NCBI GenBank assembly: GCA_022801735.1
Contig: JAAWSW010000002.1
Span: forward strand, 1-42,570
DNA length: 42,570 nt
Source of the DNA: Bacilli bacterium
Lineage (GTDB): Bacteria > Bacillota_I > Bacilli_A > RF39 > UBA660
Reading direction: 5' to 3'
This document shows, piece by piece, positions 27,674-37,793 of this stretch. The stretch's first letter is position 1; each line of letters opens with the position of its first letter. The translations under genes were made by a program, and so were the position numbers. The notes under the pieces are model-generated. The model saw only the letters and a list, made by a program, of their open reading frames with translations, was not told the origin of the DNA and searched no databases.

Positions 27674-28105
27674 GTGAGTTATGAATTAAAATGCGCAAAT
27701 GAAAGCGATATATCTAAACTTATAGACTATGAATTAAAAACTATTTTAGAATATGCAGATAGCCTTTCTGAAAATGAAACTAATGAAATAAATGATTATG
27801 TAAAAAATAATGTAAAGGATAAATTATCAAAATATAAAATTATATGTAATGATAATAATAAAATAGGCTGTGTATTAATTACTGATAATAATGATGGTAT
27901 TTCATTAGATGAGATATATCTAGAAGAAAATTATAGAAACAAAGGTATAGGAACTGATATAATTGAAAAATTAATATCAGAAAATGATATTGTTTATCTT
28001 TGGGTTTACAAATTGAATGCAAAAGCAATTTCTCTCTATAAAAAATTAGGATTTGAAATTATAGAAGAAACAGAAAGTAGATATTATATGAAATATAGTA
28101 GATAA
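27674..28105 (+). CDS. GNAT-family N-acetyltransferase.
   Basis: YRNKGIGTDIIEKLI motif A. GTG start 4 nt after the aggtga SD. Confidence 0.72.
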   Translation: MSYELKCANESDISKLIDYELKTILEYADSLSENETNEINDYVKNNVKDKLSKYKIICNDNNKIGCVLITDNNDGISLDEIYLEENYRNKGIGTDIIEKLISENDIVYLWVYKLNAKAISLYKKLGFEIIEETESRYYMKYSR

Positions 28106-28120
28106 AGAAGGTGCTGAATT

Positions 28121-28732
28121 ATGGAAAGATTTTTCTTAGAGATTCCTACAATAAATAGAAAACAAGAAGCACTAGATTATTTAGAAGAAAATGTTAAATA
28201 TAATTCTGATTTAAATGGTATAGGTGGAATGGATAGTTGTTTAGAAGGAATGACTTATGAAGAATGGTTATCAGAACTTGAAAAGAAAGAAAATATAGAA
28301 TATGGAAATCAAATAAATAGATGTTCTTCAAAAACATTTTTTGTAGTAAGAGAAAAAGACAATAAAATAGTTGGTATGGTAAATATTAGATATAATATTT
28401 CAGATGAGAAACTGAAAACTTGGGCATCTCATATTGGATATGGTATTAGACCTACTGAAAGACGAAAAGGATATGCTAAAATAGCATTATATTTAGGATT
28501 GTTAGAAGAACAAAAAATTGGCGAAGAGAGAATATTGTTGATTTGTGATGTTGATAATATTGGTTCAAATAAGACAATTCTTGCTTTAGGCGGGGTATTA
28601 GAAAAAACAGATCTTTATAAATATGATAATATCATGACAAATTACTATTGGATAAATGTGAATGATTCTATTAAAAAATATTATGAACATTATAGAAATT
28701 ATATAAAAATTGATTCTATAATACATAGGTAA
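28121..28732 (+). CDS. GNAT-family acetyltransferase (COG3981-like).
   Basis: VGMVNIRYN...GYGIRPTERRKGYAKIAL pattern. Confidence 0.65.
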   Translation: MERFFLEIPTINRKQEALDYLEENVKYNSDLNGIGGMDSCLEGMTYEEWLSELEKKENIEYGNQINRCSSKTFFVVREKDNKIVGMVNIRYNISDEKLKTWASHIGYGIRPTERRKGYAKIALYLGLLEEQKIGEERILLICDVDNIGSNKTILALGGVLEKTDLYKYDNIMTNYYWINVNDSIKKYYEHYRNYIKIDSIIHR

Positions 28733-28747
28733 AAGGAAGTGAGACTA

Positions 28748-29626
28748 ATGGAAAAAAACAAAGTAAATATAAATTGGTATCCAGGACATATGGCTAAAAC
28801 AAAAAGATTAATTAGTGAACAAATTAATTTAATTGATATTGTTTATGAGGTTGTTGATGCTAGAATGCCTATATCTTCAAAAATTATTGATATTGAAGAT
28901 TATACTCGTAATAAACCTAAGATTATGATTATTAGTAAGACTGATTTATGTGATAAGGTAGAAACTGATAAATGGATTAAATATTATGAAAGCAAAGGGT
29001 ACTATGTTTTACCTATGAATTTAGAGGGTAATGTTAATATTAAACCACTTATTTCTTTAACTGAAAAGGTACTTGATGAATATAATCAAAAACGTGCTGA
29101 TAAAGGAATGATTAAAAGAAAGGCTAGGGTTTTAGTTGTTGGTATTCCTAACGTGGGTAAAAGTACATTAATAAATAGGCTTGCTGGTAAAAAGGTTGTG
29201 AATATTGGTAATAAGCCTGGTGTTACTAAGAATTTAAATTGGATTAGGGTTAATGAGAATATTGAACTTTTGGATTCTCCTGGTATTTTATGGCCTAAGT
29301 TAGAAGAAAGTAATGCATTTAATTTAGCAACTTTTACGGCTATTCGTGAAGAGATTTTACCACTATATGATGTTGTTGAATATATTTTAAGAACTTTGGA
29401 AAAGTATTATCCAGAAGTTATTAAATCAAGATATGGGATAGATGAATTAAATGATGATATTATTTGTGATTTAGAAGAAATTGGAAGAAAAAGAGGATGC
29501 CTGATTAAGGGCGGTGAAATTGATTATGATAAGGTAATGGCTTTAATTATGGGTGATATTAAAAATGGTTATATTAAAGGAATTACTTTTGATAGATTTG
29601 ATGAATATGAGGATCTAAATGAATAA
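28748..29626 (+). CDS. rbgA: Ribosome biogenesis GTPase A.
   Basis: INWYPGHMAK, circularly permuted GTPase motifs (SKTD, GIPNVGKST, DSPGI). Start re-called to ATG 28748. Confidence 0.93.
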   Translation: MEKNKVNINWYPGHMAKTKRLISEQINLIDIVYEVVDARMPISSKIIDIEDYTRNKPKIMIISKTDLCDKVETDKWIKYYESKGYYVLPMNLEGNVNIKPLISLTEKVLDEYNQKRADKGMIKRKARVLVVGIPNVGKSTLINRLAGKKVVNIGNKPGVTKNLNWIRVNENIELLDSPGILWPKLEESNAFNLATFTAIREEILPLYDVVEYILRTLEKYYPEVIKSRYGIDELNDDIICDLEEIGRKRGCLIKGGEIDYDKVMALIMGDIKNGYIKGITFDRFDEYEDLNE

Positions 29627-30017
29627 GGATGAAATCATTTCTATATTAAGAAAGTATAATTTTAACACCAATGATTATATTGTCTTATCGACTGGTGCGA
29701 TGGTAATTCATGGTATTAAGGAGACTGCTCATGATATAGATTTAGCAGTGTCTTCTAAATTTTATAATGAGTTAATTAAAACTTATGATTGTGAATGTTA
29801 CTTGGAATATCAAATTAATGGTAAAAGTATGAAGGTGTATTCATTTGATGTTTTTGATTTTGGTGAAGATTATTTTGATACTAGTAGTATTAATTTAATT
29901 GATGGTATTCCTGTTCAAAGTATTAATTCTATTTTAAAATTTAAAAAATCTTTAAACAGAGAAAAAGATATTAAAGATATTCAGTTAATAGAGGAGTATA
30001 TAAATGATAGTAGATAA
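29619..30017 (+). CDS. Small protein with a possible minimal nucleotidyltransferase fold.
   Basis: LSTGAMVIHG...HDIDLAV resembles the Pol-beta-type G[SA]x..D[IL]D motif. It overlaps rbgA by 8 nt and mrnC by 14 nt. Confidence 0.5.
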   Translation: MNKDEIISILRKYNFNTNDYIVLSTGAMVIHGIKETAHDIDLAVSSKFYNELIKTYDCECYLEYQINGKSMKVYSFDVFDFGEDYFDTSSINLIDGIPVQSINSILKFKKSLNREKDIKDIQLIEEYINDSR

Positions 30018-30369
30018 TTCTTTAGTTTTGGCTTATTTAGGCGATGCAATATACGAAGTTTATATTAGAAAATATTTAATTAGTAAAGGTATTTGTAAGG
30101 TTAATGATTTACAAAAAGAGGCTGTTAAATATGTAAGTGCGAAATCTCAAAGTGATTTTTTGGAAAAAATGATTAATGATGAGTTTTTAACTTCTGATGA
30201 ACTTATTATTGTTAAAAGGGCTCGTAATCATAAAAGTCACGGAAGCAAGAGTACTGATATTGTTACTTATAAAAGGTCAACTGGACTTGAGGCATTGATT
30301 GGATATTTAGAATTAAAAGGTGACGAAGGACGTATTTTAGAAATTATGAAATATATAGTAGGTGATTAA
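30004..30369 (+). CDS. mrnC: Mini-ribonuclease 3.
   Basis: LAYLGDAIYEVYIRKYL. GAGGAG SD lies 7 nt upstream. mrnC-rlmB-sigH synteny as in Bacillus. Confidence 0.88.
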   Translation: MIVDNSLVLAYLGDAIYEVYIRKYLISKGICKVNDLQKEAVKYVSAKSQSDFLEKMINDEFLTSDELIIVKRARNHKSHGSKSTDIVTYKRSTGLEALIGYLELKGDEGRILEIMKYIVGD

Positions 30370-31059
30370 ATGTATATATATGGTAAAAATGTGGCTAAAG
30401 AGGCTATCTTAAAGGGTGAAGATATTAAGTGTGCATATGTTTATGAAAATTTTAATGATAAATCTTTACTTAATGAACTTAAAAAAAATAATATTAAAAT
30501 AAATTATGTTGGTAAGTTTGATTTAGATAGATTACAAAAGGGTAATCATCAGGGAATTATTTTGGAGGTTCCTGATTATGAATATGCTTCTTTAGATGAT
30601 GTTTTAGAGGAAAATGTAATTGTGATGTTAGATCATTTGGAGGATCCTCATAATTTAGGTGCAATTATTCGTACTTGTGAGGCTGCAGGAATTAAAAGTA
30701 TAATTATACCTAAAGATAGATCTGTTAAAGTAACTTCGACAGTTATTAAGGTTAGTGTAGGTACTACTGAAAACGTAAAAATTGCGGTGGCTGGTAATTT
30801 GGTTAATACGATAAAGGAACTTAAAAATAAAGGGTATTGGGTAGTTGGTACTGATATGGATGGAACTGATTATCGTGAGATTGATTATAGTGGAAAGACT
30901 GTTTTAGTTATTGGAAGTGAAGGAAAGGGACTTAGTCGTTTAGTGGAAGAAAACTGTGATTTTATTGCTTCTATTCCAATGAGGGGTGAAGTAAATAGTT
31001 TAAATGCTTCTGTGGCTGCTGCACTAGTGATTTATGAGGCGGTAAGACATGAATTATAA
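30370..31059 (+). CDS. rlmB: 23S rRNA (guanosine-2'-O)-methyltransferase, TrmH family.
   Basis: Motifs EDPHNLGAIIRT, GSEGKGLS and SLNASVAA. Confidence 0.9.
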   Translation: MYIYGKNVAKEAILKGEDIKCAYVYENFNDKSLLNELKKNNIKINYVGKFDLDRLQKGNHQGIILEVPDYEYASLDDVLEENVIVMLDHLEDPHNLGAIIRTCEAAGIKSIIIPKDRSVKVTSTVIKVSVGTTENVKIAVAGNLVNTIKELKNKGYWVVGTDMDGTDYREIDYSGKTVLVIGSEGKGLSRLVEENCDFIASIPMRGEVNSLNASVAAALVIYEAVRHEL

Positions 31060-31675
31060 AGATTTAAATGATTATGAGTTAATTAGTAAAGTGGCAGAGA
31101 GTGAAGAGGCTACAGAACTTTTATTTAAAAAGTATTCTCCACTTATAATTAGAGTGGCGAAAAAGATATATGATGATAATAGTAATTATAATCATAGTGG
31201 TCTTGAACTTGCTGATTTAATTCAGGAAGGGATGATTGGTTTTAGTACAGCGATTAATACTTATAATGAACATAAGGATACTTTATTTTTTACTTATGCT
31301 AAAAAATGTATTGAGTCTAAGATTATAACTTCTGTTGTGGGTGCTAATAGACAAAAACATAGTTTTTTGAATAGTTCGATTTCTATGGAGGCTATTGGTG
31401 AGGATGAGTTTAGTAGTAGACTTGATAAGTTTGTGGGTGACATAAATAGTGATCCTGAACTTATTTTGATTGACATTGAAAATGTTAATGGGTTAGTGGC
31501 AGAACTTATGGGAGAACTTACTGTTTTTGAATCACAAGTTTTTGATTTAAAGAAAAGCGGCTTTACTTATAGGGAAATTGCAGAAGTGTTAGATACTGAA
31601 CCTAAAAAGATTGATAATGCTATTCAAAGAATTAAGGTGAAAATTAAAAATTATTTAAGTAAACATAATGATTAG
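31049..31675 (+). CDS. sigH: Sigma-H-type RNA polymerase sigma factor.
   Basis: DLIQEGMIGF...ANRQKHSFLNS and YREIAEVLD..KKIDNAIQRIK closely parallel Bacillus SigH regions 2 and 4. Synteny is conserved. Confidence 0.85.
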   Translation: MNYKDLNDYELISKVAESEEATELLFKKYSPLIIRVAKKIYDDNSNYNHSGLELADLIQEGMIGFSTAINTYNEHKDTLFFTYAKKCIESKIITSVVGANRQKHSFLNSSISMEAIGEDEFSSRLDKFVGDINSDPELILIDIENVNGLVAELMGELTVFESQVFDLKKSGFTYREIAEVLDTEPKKIDNAIQRIKVKIKNYLSKHND

Positions 31676-31697
31676 ACTTTTACAGTCTTTTTTTGTT
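31674..31697 (+). terminator. Weak intrinsic terminator after sigH.
   Basis: agact / agtct 5-bp stem plus a T8 run. Confidence 0.45.
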
Positions 31698-31703
31698 ACT
31701 TTG

Positions 31704-31732
31704 TTGACAAACTTTTGTTCGTTTTGTATAAT
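31704..31732 (+). promoter_or_regulatory. Consensus SigA promoter of the unknown-gene/uvrA operon.
   Basis: TTGACA (31704-31709), 17 nt, TATAAT (31727-31732). Confidence 0.7.
31708..31721 (+). promoter_or_regulatory. Candidate LexA operator (Cheo box).
   Basis: cAAACttttGTTCg differs from CGAAC-N4-GTTCG at one position. It lies in the promoter spacer upstream of uvrA. Confidence 0.5.
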
Positions 31733-31788
31733 TGGGTTATAAGACTTGACATAGATGGTATAATAATTGTTAAAGAAGTGTGATTTAT

Positions 31789-32301
31789 ATGGGAACATTT
31801 AATGGGGAGATATTTGCTTATAAAGTTTTTTATAATGGATTAGTTAATAGATATGGTTATCAATTTGAAACTTTAAGGGAATATAGAGTGAAGGGACAAA
31901 TACAATGGGGAAATCATGGCAATGGTTTTCATATGTGTAGTTATCCTGAGGATTGCTTTCGTTATTTTGATAGATATGATGATATTGTTTTAACTAGGGT
32001 AAGGGGTTTTGGTGATTTATATTCTGTAGATGATGAATACTTTGGTTATTATGATATGTTTGTTTGTGAGGGAATGGAAATTTTAAAAGTATATAGTAGG
32101 GAAGAAGTTATCGATATGATGCTTAAACTGGAGGGAGATAGGCTTGAACGATTTTTAATTACTAATGGACTTTCGATTGCAGAAATAGAAATGTTTAAGG
32201 ATTTATATAAAGATAATGAGGAAATATTAAATTGTATTAGTTATTATCAAGAAGATAAAAAGGATACATTTGTTAAGAGAAGAGGGAAAATAAATGGATA
32301 A
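31789..32301 (+). CDS. Hypothetical protein co-transcribed with uvrA.
   Basis: 170-aa ORF (ATG 31789). Its last 8 nt overlap the uvrA start. I recognise no family confidently. Confidence 0.6.
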   Translation: MGTFNGEIFAYKVFYNGLVNRYGYQFETLREYRVKGQIQWGNHGNGFHMCSYPEDCFRYFDRYDDIVLTRVRGFGDLYSVDDEYFGYYDMFVCEGMEILKVYSREEVIDMMLKLEGDRLERFLITNGLSIAEIEMFKDLYKDNEEILNCISYYQEDKKDTFVKRRGKING

Positions 32302-35107
32302 TATTATAGTAAAAGGCGCTAGAGAAAATAATTTAAAAAATGTAGATATTACTTTACCTAAAAATAAGTTGATTGTTATGACTGGTGTTAGTGGAAGTGG
32401 TAAAAGTTCTTTGGCATTTGATACGATATATGCAGAAGGTCAAAGAAGATATGTTGAGAGCTTAAGTGCTTATGCTAGACAGTTTTTAGGTGGTAGTGAA
32501 AAGCCTTTAGTTGATAGTATTGAAGGGCTTAGTCCATCGATTAGTATTGATCAAAAGACTACTCATAAGAATCCTCGTAGTACAGTTGGGACGGTAACTG
32601 AAATATATGATTATTTAAGGTTATTGTATGCCCGTATTGGAGTTCCTTATTGTCCTAATCATAATATACCTATTTCATCACAGAGTATTGAGGAAATGGT
32701 TAATGATGTTTTGAATTTAGAAAATGGCACAAAAATTAGAGTTTTAAGTCCAGTTGCTTCTTTGGAAAAGGGAACACATAAAGATTTACTTGATAATCTT
32801 AGGAAAGATGGATATGTTAGAGTTGTTATTGATAATGAGGATTATGATTTATCTGAAGAAATAGTTTTAGAGAAGAATAAGAAACATTCTATTGAAGTTA
32901 TTATTGATAGATTAATTATTAAAGATGAAATTAGAAGCCGTTTATATGAAGCGATGGAAATGGCAGTTAAACTTGGTAAGGGTAAGGTTTTAATTGATGT
33001 TATAGGTGGCGAAAAGATTTTAATGAGTGAAACATATGCTTGCCCAGAATGTGATTTTTCGTTACCTGAACTTGAACCTAGGATGTTTTCTTTTAATGCA
33101 CCATATGGGGCTTGTCCCGATTGTAAGGGACTTGGAATTAAGTATAAAATAGATGAGGATTTAGTTATTCCTGATAAGAGTTTAAGTATTAGTGAAGGTG
33201 CAATTAAAGTTATTAATAGTGACGATGATAATAATATTATGTTTACTAATTTACAAACTGCATGTGTGTATTATGGTATTGATATAGATAAACCTATTAG
33301 TAAATTAACTAGGAAAGAACTTAATATTGTTTTATATGGTACTGATGATATTTTAACTTTTAATTATGTTTCTAAGAGTGGTAATACTAGAACTTCTAAA
33401 GGTGTTTATGAAGGGATTATTACTAATTTGGAACGTAGATACATGGAAACTAAAAGTACTTGGATTCGTGAGTGGATTGAAAATTACATGACTGAACTTG
33501 TTTGTCCGAGGTGTAATGGGGCTAGACTTAATGAAAGTGTTTTATCTGTTTTAGTTGGTAAGAAGAATATTTTTGAACTTACACAAATGAGTATTAAGGA
33601 TATTATGGTATTTTTTGATAAATTAAAACTTAATAAGCAAGAAATGGAAATATCTGAACTTATTATTAAAGAGATTAAATCTAGACTTGAATTTTTAATT
33701 AATGTTGGTCTTGAATATTTAACTTTATCACGTGAGGCTGGAACCTTATCAGGTGGGGAGGCACAGCGTATTAGACTTGCTACTCAAATTGGTTCTAGAT
33801 TAACAGGTGTTTTATATGTGCTTGATGAACCATCTATTGGACTTCATCAAAGGGATAATCAAAGACTTATTAATTCGCTTAAAGAAATGCGTGATTTAGG
33901 TAATACTTTAATTGTTGTCGAACATGATACTGATACGATGCTTGAGGCTGATTATTTAGTTGATATTGGACCTAAGGCTGGTGTCCATGGTGGTAGAATT
34001 GTTGCAGAAGGTACGCCTTCGGAGGTAATGAAAAATCCAGATAGTTTAACTGGTAAGTATTTAACTGGTGAGGAAAAAATTGAGGTACCTTTAAAAAGAA
34101 GAAAAGGTAATAAAAAGTATTTAGAAATTAAAGGCGCGAGTGAAAATAATTTACAAAATGTAAATGTTAAATTCCCACTTGGTAAGTTTATTTGTGTTAC
34201 TGGGGTTAGTGGAAGTGGTAAAAGTACTTTAGTTAATGAAATTTTATATAAGGCAGTATCTAATAATTTGTATAGAACTAAAGTGAAGCCAGGTAAGTTT
34301 AAGTCAATTAAAGGCCTTGAGAACATTGATAAAGTAGTAGATATTTCGCAATCTCCAATTGGAAGAACACCTAGAAGTAATCCTGCAACTTATACTGGTG
34401 TATTTGATGATATTCGTGATGTTTTTGCGGAAACTAAAGAATCTAAAATGAGAGGTTATGACAAGGGTAGATTTTCATTTAATGTTAAAGGTGGAAGATG
34501 TGAAGCGTGCTGGGGTGATGGTGTTAAGAAAATTGAAATGCATTTTTTACCTGATGTTTATGTTCCTTGTGAGGTTTGTCATGGTACTCGTTATAATACT
34601 GAAACATTACAAATTAAATATAAGGGAAAAAATATTTATGATGTTTTAGAAATGACAGTCGAAGAGGCTTTAGAGTTTTTTGAAAATATTCCAAAGGTAA
34701 AAAATAAATTACAAGTACTTATGGATGTTGGGCTTTCTTATATTAAATTGGGTCAAAGTGCGCCTACTTTATCTGGTGGTGAAGCGGCTAGAGTTAAACT
34801 TGCTAAAGAACTTCAGAAAAAACCAACTGGTAAGAGTTTATTTATTTTAGATGAACCAACTACTGGACTTCATAGTGATGATATTAAAAAGTTATTAGTT
34901 ATTTTAGATAGAATTGCCAGCAATGGTGATACTGTTTTAGTTATTGAACATAATTTAGATGTTATTAAAGTAGCAGATCATATTATTGATTTGGGTCCTG
35001 AAGGTGGGGACAGGGGTGGAACTATTGTGTATAGTGGTACACCAGAAGAACTAGTTAATGTAGATGAAAGTTATACTGGTAAATTTTTAAAACCTTATTT
35101 AAAATGA
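32294..35107 (+). CDS. uvrA: Excinuclease ABC subunit A.
   Basis: Two Walker A motifs ([10 protein letters not shown]), signature LSGGEAQR and LSGGEAAR, and zinc fingers CPECDF..CPDCKG and [14 protein letters not shown]. Confidence 0.98.
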   Translation: MDNIIVKGARENNLKNVDITLPKNKLIVMTGVSGSGKSSLAFDTIYAEGQRRYVESLSAYARQFLGGSEKPLVDSIEGLSPSISIDQKTTHKNPRSTVGTVTEIYDYLRLLYARIGVPYCPNHNIPISSQSIEEMVNDVLNLENGTKIRVLSPVASLEKGTHKDLLDNLRKDGYVRVVIDNEDYDLSEEIVLEKNKKHSIEVIIDRLIIKDEIRSRLYEAMEMAVKLGKGKVLIDVIGGEKILMSETYACPECDFSLPELEPRMFSFNAPYGACPDCKGLGIKYKIDEDLVIPDKSLSISEGAIKVINSDDDNNIMFTNLQTACVYYGIDIDKPISKLTRKELNIVLYGTDDILTFNYVSKSGNTRTSKGVYEGIITNLERRYMETKSTWIREWIENYMTELVCPRCNGARLNESVLSVLVGKKNIFELTQMSIKDIMVFFDKLKLNKQEMEISELIIKEIKSRLEFLINVGLEYLTLSREAGTLSGGEAQRIRLATQIGSRLTGVLYVLDEPSIGLHQRDNQRLINSLKEMRDLGNTLIVVEHDTDTMLEADYLVDIGPKAGVHGGRIVAEGTPSEVMKNPDSLTGKYLTGEEKIEVPLKRRKGNKKYLEIKGASENNLQNVNVKFPLGKFICVTGVSGSGKSTLVNEILYKAVSNNLYRTKVKPGKFKSIKGLENIDKVVDISQSPIGRTPRSNPATYTGVFDDIRDVFAETKESKMRGYDKGRFSFNVKGGRCEACWGDGVKKIEMHFLPDVYVPCEVCHGTRYNTETLQIKYKGKNIYDVLEMTVEEALEFFENIPKVKNKLQVLMDVGLSYIKLGQSAPTLSGGEAARVKLAKELQKKPTGKSLFILDEPTTGLHSDDIKKLLVILDRIASNGDTVLVIEHNLDVIKVADHIIDLGPEGGDRGGTIVYSGTPEELVNVDESYTGKFLKPYLK

Positions 35108-35131
35108 TATTCGGTTTGAATATCTTTTTTT
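35106..35131 (+). terminator. Intrinsic terminator after uvrA.
   Basis: gatattc / gaatatc 7-bp stem, 5-nt loop, T7 run. Confidence 0.8.
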
Positions 35132-35271
35132 ATTTTTAGGCAGGAATTTGATAGGTGAAAATTGTATATTATTGATAATAAATAGTATATTTGTTAAAAA
35201 ATGTAAAAAAATATTTTATTTCTAAGGAAACAATAAGAACCTATGTTATACTTAAAGTAGTGGTGAATTGT

Positions 35272-36447
35272 ATGAAAAAATTACTGTTATTAATTACTTT
35301 ATCTTTTATTTGTATTAATGTTAGTGCGTTAGAGTTAAATATTAGTTCTGATAATGTAGTTATGTATAACATGAAAGATAACAAGGTATTATATGAAAAA
35401 AATAGTAATGAAAAGGTACAAATTGCTAGTCTTACTAAGATAATGACAGCGATTGTTACTTTAGATACTATTAAGGATTTAAACAATAGAATTACTTTAA
35501 CTAGTGATGATTTTAAAAATATTATTAAGGAAAATTTAGTTAGTGCAGGTTTTAAAAGAGGTCAAACTGTTACTTATTTGGATTTATTATACGGTTTACT
35601 ATTGCCTTCTGGTGCCGATGCTGCTAATGCTTTAACTAGAACAGTTGATGATAATTTTATTGACTTAATGAATGATAAGGCTAAGGAACTTGGTATGGAT
35701 AATACCCATTTTTCTAATTCGATTGGTTTAGATAGTAAGAATAATTATTCAACGGTAAATGATGTTTATAAGATGTTTAGTTATGCTTTAAAAAACGAAC
35801 AGTTTAGAAAAATTATTACTACTTCTAAGTATACAATGTCTGATGGTTCATTTACTGTTAGAAGTACAGTGAAAAACAATAAATTAGTAGGATCTTATTT
35901 ACTTGGTGGTAAAACTGGGACTACTGATGGAGCAGGGCTATGTTTGGCTTCACTTGCGTCTTTTGATGATTCAGAGTTTATTTTAATAACAACTGGGGCA
36001 CCATATGATAAGAAGGGAAAACATAATTTAGAAGATGCGAAAGTAATTTATGAATATTTTAAAGATAATTATGATTATCAAACTATAGTTAGTAAAGGTG
36101 ATATTATATTGTCTTTGGCTACTAAATATTTAAAGGAAGATAAAATAGATTTTTATGTTTCTAATGATATAGTTACTTATTTACCTAATAATTTAGATAA
36201 GAAGAAAATAACCTATAAATATGATGGTATTAAGATTGTTGATTCTAGTATGAAAAAGGGTGACAAGTTAGGTAAGGTTAAAATTTATTATGATGGAAAC
36301 AAAATAGATAGTGTTGATATTATAATGAAAGAAACGCCTAAATTTTCAATTTTAAAATTTATATGTGTTCATAAAGTAAGTTTTATTTTAGGAATATTAA
36401 CTTTATTGATAATTTTATTATTTGTTGTTAAAAAGAAAAGGAAGTGA
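35272..36447 (+). CDS. D-alanyl-D-alanine carboxypeptidase (S11 family) with a C-terminal membrane anchor.
   Basis: Signal peptide MKKLLLLITLSFICINVSA, SxxK (ASLTKIMT), KTG (GGKTGTT), C-terminal TM segment plus KKKRK. Start re-called from 35191. Confidence 0.88.
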   Translation: MKKLLLLITLSFICINVSALELNISSDNVVMYNMKDNKVLYEKNSNEKVQIASLTKIMTAIVTLDTIKDLNNRITLTSDDFKNIIKENLVSAGFKRGQTVTYLDLLYGLLLPSGADAANALTRTVDDNFIDLMNDKAKELGMDNTHFSNSIGLDSKNNYSTVNDVYKMFSYALKNEQFRKIITTSKYTMSDGSFTVRSTVKNNKLVGSYLLGGKTGTTDGAGLCLASLASFDDSEFILITTGAPYDKKGKHNLEDAKVIYEYFKDNYDYQTIVSKGDIILSLATKYLKEDKIDFYVSNDIVTYLPNNLDKKKITYKYDGIKIVDSSMKKGDKLGKVKIYYDGNKIDSVDIIMKETPKFSILKFICVHKVSFILGILTLLIILLFVVKKKRK

Positions 36448-36450
36448 GTT

Positions 36451-37050
36451 ATGTCTAAGAATATAGAAATGATTAAGAGTTTTATTAAGGTAATGGCTGG
36501 TAATGAGAAAGAAATTTCTTTGATATTACCTGATATGTATGCGAAAGATGTATATAGTATTGATTATGATTATTTGAAAGATAATGGTTATGATAATTTG
36601 ATTTTTGATATTGATAATACTATATTACCAGTTAATGATATGGTAGTTCCTTTAGAACTTATTGATTTTTTTGGTGATTTAAAGAATAATGGTTTTAACA
36701 TTTGTATTGTATCTAATAATGGTCAAGAAAGAGTTTTACCTGTTGCTGAAAAATTAGATGTAAGTTGTTTATTTATGGCTGGTAAACCTAAAAAGTCTGC
36801 TTTTGATAAGGCTTTAATGGTTATGAATTCAAAAACGGGTGATACGGTAATGATTGGGGATCAGATGCTTAGTGATATTAAAGGCGCAAATCAATATTTT
36901 CTTTATAGTATTTTAGTTGATCCTGTTAGTGATTATTACGATTTTAAAACTGGAACTAGTAGAGTTCTTCAAAATATAATGATTAAAAAATTAAGTAAAT
37001 TAAATAAATTTAGACAGTGTGATTATTATAAAAATGGGAAGGAGAAATAA
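36451..37050 (+). CDS. YqeG-family HAD-IIIA phosphatase.
   Basis: Motifs FDIDNTI, IVSNN, GKPKK and GDQMLSDIKGAN. Confidence 0.85.
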   Translation: MSKNIEMIKSFIKVMAGNEKEISLILPDMYAKDVYSIDYDYLKDNGYDNLIFDIDNTILPVNDMVVPLELIDFFGDLKNNGFNICIVSNNGQERVLPVAEKLDVSCLFMAGKPKKSAFDKALMVMNSKTGDTVMIGDQMLSDIKGANQYFLYSILVDPVSDYYDFKTGTSRVLQNIMIKKLSKLNKFRQCDYYKNGKEK

Positions 37051-37051
37051 T

Positions 37052-37759
37052 ATGACACCACATAATGAAGCAAAAAAAGGGGAGATTGCTAAAATAGTAT
37101 TAATGCCAGGTGATCCGATGAGGGCTAAATATATTGCGGAAAAGTATTTAGAAGATGTAAAATTAGTAAATACTATTAGGGCAATGTATGCATATACTGG
37201 AACTTATAGGGGAAAAGAAGTTACTGTTATGGGGCATGGTATGGGTATGGCTAGTATTGGTATTTATGCATATGAGTTGTATAAGTTTTATGATGTAGAG
37301 GAAATTATTAGAATTGGTACTTCTGGTACTCATAATAAGGATATTAAATTACTTGATGTAATACTTGCTGATAGAGCGTATAGTTTAAGTAAATTTGCTT
37401 TACAGTTTAATGATGATGATGTGATGGTTGTTCCTGCCACATCGGATTTAAATGAACGTATTTTAAATGTGGCTAATAGTAAGAATATTGATATTAAATG
37501 CGGACAAATTGTTTCTTCTGATGTTTTTGATGTTTATGTTGATAAAGAAAAGTTTTTAAAACATATGCCTAAAGATGAGTATTTAGCAGTTGAAATGGAG
37601 GCTTATGCATTATTTTATTTAGCAGGTCTTTTAAATAAAAAGGCAGCATGTTTACTTACTGTTGTTGATTCAATGTATGATAAGACAGAAGTGTCTGCTA
37701 AAGACCGTGAAACTTCTTTAGATAAAATGATTGAACTTGCGCTTGATTCTATAAAATAA
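37052..37759 (+). CDS. deoD: Purine nucleoside phosphorylase, DeoD type.
   Basis: MTPHNEAKKGEIAKIVLMPGDPMRAKYIAE, GHGMGMASIGIY and VEMEA. Start re-called (GGAAGGAG SD). Confidence 0.93.
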   Translation: MTPHNEAKKGEIAKIVLMPGDPMRAKYIAEKYLEDVKLVNTIRAMYAYTGTYRGKEVTVMGHGMGMASIGIYAYELYKFYDVEEIIRIGTSGTHNKDIKLLDVILADRAYSLSKFALQFNDDDVMVVPATSDLNERILNVANSKNIDIKCGQIVSSDVFDVYVDKEKFLKHMPKDEYLAVEMEAYALFYLAGLLNKKAACLLTVVDSMYDKTEVSAKDRETSLDKMIELALDSIK

Positions 37760-37793
37760 TAAAAATGGTTAATAATAAAGAAGGAGGGATATT

